From positions 1 to 55,219 of the forward strand of contig DATILB010000372.1 in the NCBI GenBank assembly GCA_035477015.1: DNA of 55,219 bases, written 5' to 3'. This DNA comes from Nocardioidaceae bacterium (GTDB taxonomy: Bacteria > Actinomycetota > Actinomycetes > Propionibacteriales > Nocardioidaceae). The notes below the pieces were generated by a model. It was not told where the DNA came from, did no database searches, and saw only the letters and a list, made by a program, of their open reading frames with translations. Positions within the stretch are counted from its first letter, which is position 1; each line of letters begins with the position of its first letter. This document shows, piece by piece, positions 21,504-30,995 of the stretch. Position numbers and translations under genes: made by a program.

Positions 21504-22085
21504 GTGACCGACGACGTGTGGCTAGTCGTCGGGCTGGGCAACCCCGGCCCTTCCTATTCGGGGCACCGGCACAACGTCGGCTATCTCGTCGCCGACGAGC
21601 TGGCGACCCGACTCGACGGCACCTTCCGCACGCACAAGTCGCGGATGGCCGAGGTCGTCGAGGGACGGCTGGGCATCGGCGGGCCGCGCATCGTCCTGGC
21701 TCGGACGCGTGGCTACATGAACGAGTCCGGCGGTCCGGTGTCAGCTTTGGCGAAGTTCTACAAGGTGTCCCCCGACCGAGTCATCGCGATCCATGACGAG
21801 CTCGACATCGCTTTCGACACCCTGCGGGTGAAGCTCGGTGGCGGCGACAACGGCCACAACGGGCTGCGCTCGATCCGGGCCTCCTTGGGCTCCGGTGACT
21901 TCTACCGGGTGCGCGTGGGCATCGGCCGGCCCCCGGGTCGTCAAGACCCCGCGGACTTCGTGCTCTCGAACTACTCGGCTGCCGAGCGCAAGGTGCTGAT
22001 CTTCCAGGTCGACCGCGCCGCCGATGCCGTGGAGTCCCTGGTGACCGTGGGTCTCGAGAAGACCCAGGGCGTGTTCAACTCCTAG
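21504..22085 (+). CDS. pth: Peptidyl-tRNA hydrolase
   Basis: …[21 protein letters not shown]… GTG 21504 gives the usual short N-terminus. An alternative GTG at 21453 forms a GTGA overlap with rplY. Confidence 0.9.
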   Translation: MTDDVWLVVGLGNPGPSYSGHRHNVGYLVADELATRLDGTFRTHKSRMAEVVEGRLGIGGPRIVLARTRGYMNESGGPVSALAKFYKVSPDRVIAIHDELDIAFDTLRVKLGGGDNGHNGLRSIRASLGSGDFYRVRVGIGRPPGRQDPADFVLSNYSAAERKVLIFQVDRAADAVESLVTVGLEKTQGVFNS

Positions 22086-23509
22086 TAGGCGCCGCGGGCG
22101 CTGAGCACGGCGCCCAGCGTCCGGCCCAGGATCGACAGGTCGCCGGTGAGGCTCCAGTTGTCGGCGTAGTAGGTGTCGAGGGCTGAGGCTTCGGCCCACG
22201 ACAGGTCCGACCGACCGCTGACCTGCCAGAGGCCAGTGATACCCGGTTTCACGACCAGGCGGCGCAAAGTGTCGGGGTCCATGGCCTCCACCTCACTCGG
22301 CAGTGAGGGACGCGGACCGACGAGGGACATGTCGCCGCGCAGCACGTTGATCAGCTGGGGCAGCTCGTCCAGTGAGGTCTTGCGCAGCAAGGCTCCGATG
22401 CGCGTGATGCGCGGATCGGCCCTCATCTTGAACAGGATGCCGTCGTACTCGTTCTGGTCGGCCAGGTCGATCTTGACCGACTCGGCGTCCTGCACCATCG
22501 TGCGCATCTTGTAGACCTTGAAGTGCCGGCCGTAGCGACCGACCCGCGTCTGGGTGAACAGCGCCTTGCCAGGAGTGTCCAGGCGTACGGCGACGCACAT
22601 GGCCACGAGCACAGGCGTCACGATCAGCAGGAGCACCGCCGCCGCGAGGCGGTCGACTGCCGCCTTGATGACCGCCGCAGTGGGGGTGGGGCGGGGAGCG
22701 CGGACGTCGTTGACGGTCGCTCCCTCCATCAGGCCCGGTGTGATCCGGTGCGGTGCGACGGAGTCCAGGATGCCCATCACGCCGAGACCCGCGCGGGTGT
22801 CCTCCAGCCGCCAGGCGAGCCGGCGGAGGTCGATGCTGGTGACGCCAGGGGATGGTGACATCACCACAAGGTCCACGTCGAAGCTCTTGACCACGGCAGG
22901 AGCGGCGCCCAGGTCGGCGACTACCGGAAGGCCCATGATCTCTGTGGGCGCCCGATCCAGGTCGGGCTCCACGAGCAGGGCTGCCACGGGCTGCACCCGC
23001 TCGCTGCGGACCCAGCGGGCCATGGCGTGAGCGATTGCCACGCGGTCTCCCACGAGCAGGACGCGCAGGGGACTCTGCAGCCTCCAGCGCAGCGCGCGGC
23101 AGAGGAGCGAGGTGGCGGCGGCAACCAGGACGGCCGTGGAGGCGGGCACGACCGCGGCCTCGGGGATGCCGAGGAAGACGACGGTGGCGGCCAGTCCGCA
23201 CAGCGGAAGCAGGACGCTCCTGGCCACCAGACGCAGCTGGTGGTGCAGGGGCGTGGTCAGACCGGTGCTGCCGTGGAAGCTCAGCACCTCCCAGACGAGC
23301 AGCGTGCCGAGGGCGATGTGGGTGAAGGAGTCGGCGCTGAGCACAGCCACCATCCCCGCGAGGGTGGCCAGCAGGAACTCGGCCTGGGAGCCCCACCGTC
23401 GACACCAGACCCGGAACGGATGCGGCTCACTGCGTCGCTCGGGAAACCGGAGTGCATCCGGCTCCATGAACGACTTGGCGACAGTGTCGCCTACCCCACT
23501 CGAAATCAT
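22082..23509 (-). CDS. Polyprenyl-phosphate glycosyl-1-phosphate transferase (WbaP/CpsE-like bacterial sugar transferase), initiating enzyme
   Basis: N-terminal TM helices and a C-terminal domain …[28 protein letters not shown]…[19 protein letters not shown]… ATG 23509 is preceded by a G-rich RBS. Confidence 0.85.
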   Translation of the reverse strand: MISSGVGDTVAKSFMEPDALRFPERRSEPHPFRVWCRRWGSQAEFLLATLAGMVAVLSADSFTHIALGTLLVWEVLSFHGSTGLTTPLHHQLRLVARSVLLPLCGLAATVVFLGIPEAAVVPASTAVLVAAATSLLCRALRWRLQSPLRVLLVGDRVAIAHAMARWVRSERVQPVAALLVEPDLDRAPTEIMGLPVVADLGAAPAVVKSFDVDLVVMSPSPGVTSIDLRRLAWRLEDTRAGLGVMGILDSVAPHRITPGLMEGATVNDVRAPRPTPTAAVIKAAVDRLAAAVLLLIVTPVLVAMCVAVRLDTPGKALFTQTRVGRYGRHFKVYKMRTMVQDAESVKIDLADQNEYDGILFKMRADPRITRIGALLRKTSLDELPQLINVLRGDMSLVGPRPSLPSEVEAMDPDTLRRLVVKPGITGLWQVSGRSDLSWAEASALDTYYADNWSLTGDLSILGRTLGAVLSARGAY

Positions 23510-23676
23510 GTGGACCCCCCGGTCGATGTGGTTCCCCCCGGAACCGAGTGCCTTGCGACCACCCCGTGGCGCTCTCGGCACTAAGCAAATTCTCGCGTTG
23601 CGATCTGTTCCACGCAAGTTCAAACGCCATGAACCACCCGTTCGGACTACCTGTGAGTTCGCCCACTCACGTGCTG

Positions 23677-23702
23677 GAAACCCCTTGTTTATAAGGGGTT
23701 TC
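23677..23702. promoter_or_regulatory. Locus motif copy a: perfect 10+6+10 palindrome
   Basis: GAAACCCCTT-gtttat-AAGGGGTTTC followed by GCG. It lies between the GT2 stop (23715) and the sugar-transferase start (23509). Confidence 0.5.
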
Positions 23703-23714
23703 GCGTCCAGCCCC

Positions 23715-24629
23715 TCAAATGCCCTTGCCGTGACGGTGGAGTGTCTCCATCACGCGACCAGGTCGTACGGCGCCGACGGCGACAGCGGCTGCGAGGTACG
23801 CGCGCGGCTCCCGAGCGCTGCGACGCAAGGACTGTCGTGCCCAGCGCAGACCCTCGCGCCGGTTGCCCATCGCGGCCTGTGCGAACGCGATCTGTCCGTG
23901 CACCCGGGCCGAGCCTCGAGGTGACGACTCGAACTCGGGGTAGCGCTCCAGCAGCCACGAGAGCCCGTCTGACATGGTCTCCCACCGCCGGAAGAAGAAC
24001 GACTGCTTGCCCCACCGGATCACCGTCAATGGTTGCTGCACGTTGACGATCGGATGCACCTTCGCGGTGCGCAACAGGAACTCGTAGTCCTCACCGAAGC
24101 CACCGGGCACGTCCTCGTCGACGGGGCCGATCGCCCGGTCGAGAACGCTGCGGCGCAACAGGAAGGTCGAGGGGTGCAGCTCGGTGTGCCGGTCGCGCAG
24201 CAGGTCGTCGAAGGTCACCAGGTCCAGGTCGAGGACGCGGTCGAACTCGTCGCCGTCGTACTGGACGCGGATGCCCGTCGTGCACATGCCTGCCGCCGGA
24301 GCCGCCGCGATCGCAGCCACCTGCGCCGTGATCTTGCCGGGCAGCCAGAAGTCGTCGTCGTCGCAGAACGCGACGTACGCACCCGTTGTCGCCTCGATGC
24401 CGGAGTTGCGGCCGCCCGCCAGACCCACGCTGTGGGTGTTGCGGATGACGCGCACGCTGCGGCGGTGCGCCGTCTGCTCGAGGGTGAGGTCCGGCTCGGA
24501 CTGGTCGAAGACGACGACGACCTCGATGAAGCCGAGGTAGTCCTGCTGGAGGACGGCCGAGATCGCCTCACGGACCATCTCGGGACGATCGCGGGTCGCA
24601 ATGACGACAGAGACCAACGGGTGGCTCAC
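23715..24629 (-). CDS. Family 2 glycosyltransferase
   Basis: VSVVIATRDRPEM… and the DxD motif FCDDDDFW. GTG 24629 forms a GTGA overlap with the upstream gene. Confidence 0.85.
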   Translation of the reverse strand: MSHPLVSVVIATRDRPEMVREAISAVLQQDYLGFIEVVVVFDQSEPDLTLEQTAHRRSVRVIRNTHSVGLAGGRNSGIEATTGAYVAFCDDDDFWLPGKITAQVAAIAAAPAAGMCTTGIRVQYDGDEFDRVLDLDLVTFDDLLRDRHTELHPSTFLLRRSVLDRAIGPVDEDVPGGFGEDYEFLLRTAKVHPIVNVQQPLTVIRWGKQSFFFRRWETMSDGLSWLLERYPEFESSPRGSARVHGQIAFAQAAMGNRREGLRWARQSLRRSAREPRAYLAAAVAVGAVRPGRVMETLHRHGKGI

Positions 24630-26053
24630 GATCGACTCCCCAGGTAGCCGTGCTTGCGCAGAGTCGGCCACGACAGCGCGGTGGACACGTAGCGGTGGCG
24701 CGTCGGGAGGCCGCTGCGCCAGTCATCGGGAGCCTCGAGCTGGAGCGGACCACTGTGGAAGCGCAGGGGATACCCGGCGACGGAGTGCGCCGGCGCCAGC
24801 TTGATGCGACCGTCGTGCGTCACGCGCACCGACGGTGCCTGCGGCAGGTCGTGCTCCTGCCAGACGCGCATCAGCTCGGCCTCGGGACTATCGAGGACGT
24901 CCTCGAAGCGTGTCTTCACGACGCGGACTCCTCGGTAGGGAAGTCCCCGCATCGTGACGTGGTGGCGCACCCACTGACGGGTGACGCGACTGGCGGTGCT
25001 GGGCTGCTCCTGTTGGTCCCCCACCGCACGGGCTCGGCTGTGCAGGACCCCCCGGCTGTCGCGTACGACGTGCAGGACCCGAAGGTCGATGTGCCTGTTG
25101 TGGCTCAGCGCGACCGCGGTGGGTGCGACTCGCGAGGAGTCCACCACGATGCCGGCGCCGGTGAGCTCGGCCGCGGCGTCGTAGATGCGTCGGTAGTACT
25201 CGGAGTACTCGAAGAGCAGGCGGCGCAGCTCGCTGCGCGGAGAGCGACGCGCGGTGCGGTGCAGCATCCGCTGACGGTCGACCTCCGCCTTGAGCGTGAG
25301 CACGTGGCGGACGTCGACCTTGTCCCAGCCGCCGAAGGCGCGATCGCCGACGAGGGTCCAGAACTCGCAGTCCCGGAAGTGCTCGCCGCAACCACAGGGC
25401 TCGTTGGAGAGCAGGCCGCGCTGCCAGAGGTGGGCCACCTCGCCCAGGACGACGACGTCGTCGACGCCACCGAGGATCCGCTCGAGGACGTCCGAGCCGC
25501 TGTGCTCGTCGCAGGCCAGGTAGAGCACGGTTGTCGCTCCCTCGGCCACCGGGAGTCGCCGCCCGTCGAACCTCTCCAGGAGCTGGGTCAGTCGCGTCGC
25601 AGTGTCATCCGTGGAGTGTCCGCCGTCAGTCTCGCTTCGAGTGCTGCCGAGATCGGCTACGAGCAGGTCGATCTCGTCGACCTCGGTGACGAGCTGCACC
25701 AGGCCCTTCGCTGCGGCCCACGCTGCGAAGCGCATCTGGTGGTCGTCGACGTGCTCGTTGTGCTCCGGGTTGCGCGCCAGGGTGATGGGGCGGTGTCCCT
25801 GTTTGCGTACGTCCATGATGGTGCCGGGCCCACCATGAGTAATGACGACGTCGGACTCGGCGGCCAGCGTGCCGAGGTCGTCGGGTGAGAAGAAGGCAAC
25901 GCCTGTGGCGACTGCGGGACCGGCGGTATGGCCGTGCTGGATGACGACCGTGTCGGCCGGGTTGGCGGACTGATGAGCATCTGCCCAACGCACGAGCCGA
26001 TCGAACCGATGGTGGTCGGTGCCGACGAGGATCGTGATCCGCCGGCCGCTCAT
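24626..26053 (-). CDS. Fusion protein: Alg13-like (Glyco_tran_28_C / PssE-Cps14G-type) glycosyltransferase subunit plus a C-terminal sulfotransferase-like domain
   Basis: The N-terminal ~150 aa reads ITILVGTDHHRFDRL…VVITHGGPGTIMD…DDHQMRFA. The C-terminal ~310 aa is collinear with the stand-alone sulfotransferase at 26671..27588 (VLGEVAHLWQRG…CGCGEHFRDCEFW…VVRDSRGV…). Confidence 0.8.
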   Translation of the reverse strand: MSGRRITILVGTDHHRFDRLVRWADAHQSANPADTVVIQHGHTAGPAVATGVAFFSPDDLGTLAAESDVVITHGGPGTIMDVRKQGHRPITLARNPEHNEHVDDHQMRFAAWAAAKGLVQLVTEVDEIDLLVADLGSTRSETDGGHSTDDTATRLTQLLERFDGRRLPVAEGATTVLYLACDEHSGSDVLERILGGVDDVVVLGEVAHLWQRGLLSNEPCGCGEHFRDCEFWTLVGDRAFGGWDKVDVRHVLTLKAEVDRQRMLHRTARRSPRSELRRLLFEYSEYYRRIYDAAAELTGAGIVVDSSRVAPTAVALSHNRHIDLRVLHVVRDSRGVLHSRARAVGDQQEQPSTASRVTRQWVRHHVTMRGLPYRGVRVVKTRFEDVLDSPEAELMRVWQEHDLPQAPSVRVTHDGRIKLAPAHSVAGYPLRFHSGPLQLEAPDDWRSGLPTRHRYVSTALSWPTLRKHGYLGSRS

Positions 26054-26547
26054 AGCAGCGGCCCGACTTCAATCATGTTGTTGTACAGCGCCCTCTGCTC
26101 GGGCCACTGCGCAAGCATCAGGTCGGTGAACGGTCTGACCAGCTTGCCGGTCAGGGTCGGTGTCTCGATGCGGTCGAAGACCTCGATGTAGACGGTACGG
26201 ACACCCTGCGAGCGAGCCAGCGCGAAGTAGGGCAGGGCGACTGCAGCTCCGGTCGAGATGACGACCGTCGGCTGGAAGCGCCGCATCGTCACGCGCGCCT
26301 GGACGCTGTTGCGCATCAGGTTCCGCGCGTTGCGCGTCGTCGGGTGGTAGGCCCAGGTCACGTCCTTCTCGCCGCCGAGCAGCGCGATGGCATCGGGCGT
26401 GTCGAACGTCACCCAGGCATGCGGCTTGTCCTGCCACCACGGCCGCAGCCGCATCAGCTGGGCAAGGTGCCCCCCACTCGAGCCCACCAACAGAATCCGG
26501 TCATCAAGCTTGACCGACGCCTGAACGGACGTTGAATCCTGGCGCAT
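26050..26547 (-). CDS. Alg14-like (PssD/Cps14F-type) glycosyltransferase membrane-anchor subunit
   Basis: ILLVGSSGGHLAQLMRL…VVISTGAAVALPYF… ATGA overlap with the Alg13-like gene. Confidence 0.8.
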   Translation of the reverse strand: MRQDSTSVQASVKLDDRILLVGSSGGHLAQLMRLRPWWQDKPHAWVTFDTPDAIALLGGEKDVTWAYHPTTRNARNLMRNSVQARVTMRRFQPTVVISTGAAVALPYFALARSQGVRTVYIEVFDRIETPTLTGKLVRPFTDLMLAQWPEQRALYNNMIEVGPLL

Positions 26548-26593
26548 GACGCCCCCCGGTTTTTGAACCCCCCGACGCGGTCCCCACGATCGC

Positions 26594-26619
26594 GTCTTCC
26601 CTTATTCTAAAGGGGTTTC
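26594..26619. promoter_or_regulatory. Locus motif copy b; contains TAGAAT (-10-like) facing the Alg14-like operon
   Basis: GTCTTCCCTT-attcta-AAGGGGTTTC followed by GCG. On the minus strand it reads CGCGAAACCCCTTTAGAATAAGGGAAG, 57 nt upstream of ATG 26547. Confidence 0.5.
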
Positions 26620-26670
26620 GCGACTCTCAGAACCAATCTGGACCGGGCTGAGCGTGCGCTGAGTCGTAGT

Positions 26671-27588
26671 TCACAGGTAGCGGTAGGCCTTGAGCGCGGG
26701 GTAGCTGAGCGCGGTGACGAGGCGTCGCTGGCGCGGCTCCATCTCGTCCTTCCACGCGGTGTCGGGACGCAACGTGGTCGATCCGGTGCGGAACCGCATC
26801 GGGTTGCCGGCGACCGAGTGTGTGGTGTTCAGGACGACCGTGCGCTCGTCGACGAGCGGCAGCTCCGCCGTACCGGGGAGCTCGAGCGCGCTCCACGAGT
26901 CCCGCACCGTCCCTGCCACGTCATCGAGGAGGTCCTCATAGCGCACTCGATGGACGGGCACGCCTCGGTAGCTCAGCGCACCCATGGACAGGTTGTGGCT
27001 GAGCCACAGCTGGGTGCTCGCACGTGCCCCGAGCCGCGGCATCGCCTCCTCGCCGCCCGTCTCGGGCCGTGGCACGTGCTTGGACCAGCTGTACGCCACA
27101 CCGCGGCTGTCGCGCACGATGTGCAGGATGCGCAGGTCGATCCCCTCGTGGTGGCTGAGCGCCAACGCTGTCGGGGCGACCTTGCTGGAGTCCACTACCA
27201 CGCTTGCACCGGTGACCCTGCGTGCTGAGTCGTAGATGCGACGGAAGTAGTCGGCGTACTCGTGGCTTTGTTCCTTGATCCGACGAGACGGTCGTCGCCG
27301 TGTCGTCGCCGGCATGCGCCGCTGCCGGTCCACCGCGTCCTTCAGGGCTCGGATCCGCTCGATGTCGACCGATGCCCACCCGTTGAAGGCGTCCGTCCCG
27401 ACGGCGCTCCAGAACTCGCAGTCGTGGAAGGGCTGCCCGCAGGCGCACAGCTCGTTGAGGACGACGCCGCGCTCCCAGAGGTGGGCAACCTCGCCCAGGA
27501 CCGTGACCTGGGGCAGTTCTGCGAGGAGACACTCGAGCAGCGTCGAACCGCTGCGACCTGATCCCCCGATGTAGAGCGTCGTGTCCAC
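26671..27588 (-). CDS. PAPS-dependent sulfotransferase family protein
   Basis: 5'-PSB-like loop IGGSGRSGSTLL, 3'-PB-like IVRDSRGVAYS, and Cys motif CACGQPFHDCEFW. Confidence 0.8.
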   Translation of the reverse strand: MDTTLYIGGSGRSGSTLLECLLAELPQVTVLGEVAHLWERGVVLNELCACGQPFHDCEFWSAVGTDAFNGWASVDIERIRALKDAVDRQRRMPATTRRRPSRRIKEQSHEYADYFRRIYDSARRVTGASVVVDSSKVAPTALALSHHEGIDLRILHIVRDSRGVAYSWSKHVPRPETGGEEAMPRLGARASTQLWLSHNLSMGALSYRGVPVHRVRYEDLLDDVAGTVRDSWSALELPGTAELPLVDERTVVLNTTHSVAGNPMRFRTGSTTLRPDTAWKDEMEPRQRRLVTALSYPALKAYRYL

Positions 27589-27639
27589 CGTGCGTCCCCC
27601 TTCGGCCCCAGAGGGCCATGGTCAGTCAGGATAAGGGAC

Positions 27640-28158
27640 GTGACGATCGAGCAGCTGCGGATGATGTGCCGGCGAGACCTTGCCGCGAACAAGGGCTATC
27701 CGAAGAGCATCGTCGTGCTGCTGGCGTTCCGAGTCGCGCAGTACTTCAGGTCTCGCCGGGGGCTGGTCGGCCGAATCGTCTACGTGCCCGTCGGTACGGC
27801 GTACAAGCTCTTCTCGGAGTGGCTGCTCGGCATCGAGATCCCTGCGAGCACCGCCATCGGCCCCGGGCTGATGCTCCGCCATGGTGTCGGCATCGTCATC
27901 AACCCGGCCGTCGTGATCGGGTCCGACGTCATGATCCGGCAGAACGTCACCCTCGGGAACCGCCTCGCCGACGACGACTGCCCGGTGATCGAGGACGGCG
28001 TCGAGCTCGGTGCAGGGGCGGTGGTGATCGGACGCGTGACCGTCGGAGCCGGCGCCCGCATCGGCGCAGGCGCCGTGGTCGTCAAGGATGTGCCGCCCGG
28101 TGGGGTGGCGATCAATACCTCGACCGAGATCCGGCCAGGACAGCTGCCGCGCACATGA
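27640..28158 (+). CDS. Hexapeptide-repeat O-acetyltransferase, serine acetyltransferase (CysE/EpsH)-like
   Basis: …GIEIPASTAIGPGLMLRHGVGIVINPAVVIGSDVMIRQNVTLG… followed by LbH repeats. Confidence 0.8.
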   Translation: MTIEQLRMMCRRDLAANKGYPKSIVVLLAFRVAQYFRSRRGLVGRIVYVPVGTAYKLFSEWLLGIEIPASTAIGPGLMLRHGVGIVINPAVVIGSDVMIRQNVTLGNRLADDDCPVIEDGVELGAGAVVIGRVTVGAGARIGAGAVVVKDVPPGGVAINTSTEIRPGQLPRT

Positions 28159-29383
28159 GCACCGGCAGCCCGTAGGGCAGCAGGCCGTAGTACAGCATCT
28201 CGACCATCGCCACCACGAGCAGGCTGTTGAGGGTCAGGCCGACTGGATCGCGGCGCCTTCGCGTGCGCAAAGCCATCCACAGGAAGAACGCCATGAAGGC
28301 GAACGTCGCGATCGCGCCATGTGACACGAGCAGCATCCAGAAGTGCCCCTGGGTGCCCACTGCGGGCTCGTTCGGGATCTCCGAGGGCACCGGTACGCCG
28401 TACCCGAAGAAGGGTGACCCGGGCACGAGGTCGAGCGCCTGGCTGTAGACCGAGGCACGCGTCTCGGTGCCGTTGCCCTGGAGCCGCGTCTCGAGGCGCT
28501 CCTGAACCGGCAGCAGCATGAACGCGATCGCGGCGAAGACCGCGAGGCCACCGAGGAACGAGACGCCTTTGACATTGCGCTGCAGGATCAACCGGATGCC
28601 GATGATGACGGCTCCCAGCGTCAGACCGATGAACATGCCCCGGTTGACCGTGAGGAACGCCGGGATCGTTGAGACCGGAACAATCACCGCGAGTGCCCAC
28701 CACGCAGGGCCACGACGCTTCGCTGTGACGAGGTACGCCACCACGACCGGCAGCAGCATCGAGTACACGTTGCCCCAGTTGTTCGTGTACAGGAACGGCG
28801 CACTTGGCCTGGCCGGGACGCCGAAGTAGGAGTTCTCCGAGACCTGGGCGAAGCGTCGGATCGCCATCTGGTTGAGCAGCTCGTTGCCGAGAGCGCCGGG
28901 TGCCACGGCCGACAGCAGGTGGTAGAGCGGCGTCCGCAGTGCCCCGTCCGGTGCGAGCACGCCGAGGAAGCCGCCAGCGATCGTCGTCAGCCAGTAAGCG
29001 ATGAGGCAGCTCGGGACGAGTCGCTCGCGGAGGCTCTGTGGGCCGTTGTAGATGTAGACGAACAGCACCGTCGCGGACAGGTAGAGCGCCGCGCGGTGTG
29101 CGAAGACCACGGGCGAGCCACCCTCGCGAGGCAGCATGAGGAACGACGCAAGCATGAGCCCGAGGAAGAGGAGCCAGAGGCCGAACCCGCGAGGAACCGC
29201 GACATTTCCGCGCGAGATGAGTAGCAGGACCATCGCGATCGCGACCGGGATCCAGATCACGTCGATGAGCCCGGACAGCCACCAGAGGGGCATCAGCCAG
29301 AACAGCAGCGCCAAGGGCCAGCCCGGCAACGGCGCAGACTCGCGAGCGTCGACGAGACCGCCGTCGGGTGCGAGTTGGGTCAC
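28112..29383 (-). CDS. O-antigen polymerase/ligase (Wzy/WaaL-like) family polytopic membrane protein
   Basis: At least 10 predicted TM helices with a large loop. Context is a Wzx/Wzy locus. The 3' end overlaps the convergent acetyltransferase by 47 nt. Confidence 0.7.
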   Translation of the reverse strand: MTQLAPDGGLVDARESAPLPGWPLALLFWLMPLWWLSGLIDVIWIPVAIAMVLLLISRGNVAVPRGFGLWLLFLGLMLASFLMLPREGGSPVVFAHRAALYLSATVLFVYIYNGPQSLRERLVPSCLIAYWLTTIAGGFLGVLAPDGALRTPLYHLLSAVAPGALGNELLNQMAIRRFAQVSENSYFGVPARPSAPFLYTNNWGNVYSMLLPVVVAYLVTAKRRGPAWWALAVIVPVSTIPAFLTVNRGMFIGLTLGAVIIGIRLILQRNVKGVSFLGGLAVFAAIAFMLLPVQERLETRLQGNGTETRASVYSQALDLVPGSPFFGYGVPVPSEIPNEPAVGTQGHFWMLLVSHGAIATFAFMAFFLWMALRTRRRRDPVGLTLNSLLVVAMVEMLYYGLLPYGLPVLMCAAAVLAGSRSRY

Positions 29384-29417
29384 GTCTGCGTCCTGAGAGT
29401 GTGCGAAGCCAGTGTTG

Positions 29418-29443
29418 GCGTCCCGTTATTCTAGAGTTTCGCG
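29418..29443. promoter_or_regulatory. Locus motif copy c in the Wzy/PCP divergent gap; TAGAAT faces the Wzy-like gene
   Basis: GCGTCCCGTTATTCTAGAGTTTCGCG. On the minus strand it reads CGCGAAACTCTAGAATAACGGGAC, 45 nt upstream of ATG 29383. Confidence 0.45.
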
Positions 29444-29486
29444 CCTTTGGTGCGGATTGAGCTGTCCACGCGGCCAGGGGGTCCCA

Positions 29487-30995
29487 GTGAGCGATACCAG
29501 GACCGAGGTCCCGGCCTTGGAGCTGGGCCGCTACGTCGCCGTCGTACGTCGCAGGTGGGCCGTCGTGCTGTCGGTCGCCGGGGTACTCCTGCTGCTGTCC
29601 GTGGGATACCTGGTCGTCAAGGATCGCCAGGCGACGGCAACCGCAGTCGTGAACATCAACATCATCCGGTCGGATGCCTTCAACAACGACCGCTCGCTCT
29701 CGACGCTGGTCGACGCGCAGACCGAGCAGCAGCTGGCCCGCTCTGCAGGAGTCATGACCGGAGCGGCCGAGAAGCTGGGCAACGGGCAGACCGTGCAGCA
29801 ACTGCGTGGCCGCACCCAGGTCTCCCCGCTGCCGGCGTCGACGATCGTGCGTCTGTCCTTCACCTCGGGCAGCATCGAGCAGGCCGTTGCCGGCGCCGAT
29901 GCCGTCGCGGTGTCGTACCTCGAGTTCCGTGAGGCACAGGCCGAAGCGAAGATCACCGCGATCACCGCACGGCTCAACGAGCGCGGGGACGTGCTGCGCA
30001 AGAAGCTCATCGGCGCGAACACCACGCGCTCCAACGCCGCGCCGGGCAGCCCTGCCGCAGTCCAGGCAGCCAGCGACGTGGACCTCACGACCATCCAGCT
30101 CAACTCGCTCTCCGACCAGATCAACGCCCTCGAGAGCGTCGACACGGCCGGTGGCACGGTGACCATCTCGGCGGCAGACAGCCCCGTCACGATCAGCCCG
30201 GCGCGAGGCATGGTGCTCCTCACCGGCCTGGCCGGTGGCCTGCTCCTCGGCATCATCGCGGCCTTCGTGCTGCACGCCGTCGACCGTCGACTGTTCGACG
30301 CGGTGTCAGTGACGCGCGCCGGTGGCGGCGCGGTCCTCGGGCGGTTCCGTCAGCCCATCGAGGCACTTCCGCTGTCCGGCATCGCCGCGGACGACACGCG
30401 GGTCCTTCGCGAGCGACTGCTCGCTGCGCTCCCCAGGAACGCCGCCCTTACCGTGCTCGAGGTTCCGGGAGGCCCTGGCCTGGCAGACGTGGCGTCCGCT
30501 CTCGCATGGGCCTACGCCGTCGGCAAGAACCCGGCCCACCTCGTGCTCCCGCTGCCCGACCTCGGTCAGGTCGAAGCGCTGGTCCGTGACCTCGACCTCG
30601 TCGTGGAGCAGCAGGAGAGCCACTTCACCCGCTATTCGTCGACGACGGTCCCGAACCTCATGGTGTCCGTCGGCGAGGCCTCGTCCGGCGATCCTGCTGA
30701 CGGGTTGGTCGAAGAGCTGCTCGAGGCGGTGCCAGGGCGCATGGTGCTCGTCGCCCTCGGACCTGACGTCACCGAGTCGGCCAGGTTGTCCGTAGCCCGG
30801 GCAGCCCCAGCGACGCTGCTCGTCGTACGCCCGGGACTGACGCGTCGTACCAAGCTGGTCGACGTCGTCACTGAGCTCGAGTCGGTCGGCGGGAGCGTGG
30901 TCGGTTCGGTGCTGGTGCCGATCGACGCTGCGGGCGCGCGTCAGCTGCCGTCGGCGCTGACGTCCCGGATCCGCCGCGCCGGCACCCCGGCGTAG
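29487..30995 (+). CDS. Polysaccharide co-polymerase (Wzz/PCP-2-like) with a degenerate C-terminal BY-kinase-like domain
   Basis: TM helix, Wzz-like periplasmic/coiled-coil region, second TM helix, then a P-loop-NTPase-like domain. In that domain the Walker A position reads VPGGPGLAD (no GK[ST]) and there is no C-terminal Tyr cluster. GTG 29487 follows AGGGGG. Confidence 0.7.
   Translation: MSDTRTEVPALELGRYVAVVRRRWAVVLSVAGVLLLLSVGYLVVKDRQATATAVVNINIIRSDAFNNDRSLSTLVDAQTEQQLARSAGVMTGAAEKLGNGQTVQQLRGRTQVSPLPASTIVRLSFTSGSIEQAVAGADAVAVSYLEFREAQAEAKITAITARLNERGDVLRKKLIGANTTRSNAAPGSPAAVQAASDVDLTTIQLNSLSDQINALESVDTAGGTVTISAADSPVTISPARGMVLLTGLAGGLLLGIIAAFVLHAVDRRLFDAVSVTRAGGGAVLGRFRQPIEALPLSGIAADDTRVLRERLLAALPRNAALTVLEVPGGPGLADVASALAWAYAVGKNPAHLVLPLPDLGQVEALVRDLDLVVEQQESHFTRYSSTTVPNLMVSVGEASSGDPADGLVEELLEAVPGRMVLVALGPDVTESARLSVARAAPATLLVVRPGLTRRTKLVDVVTELESVGGSVVGSVLVPIDAAGARQLPSALTSRIRRAGTPA

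Noticed and set aside
27780-30275. 831-aa minus-strand ORF spanning the acetyltransferase, Wzy-like and PCP genes
   Set aside because: It crosses three genes that have recognisable family features on their own frames or strands. Its composition is Arg/Pro/Gly-dominated with no motifs.
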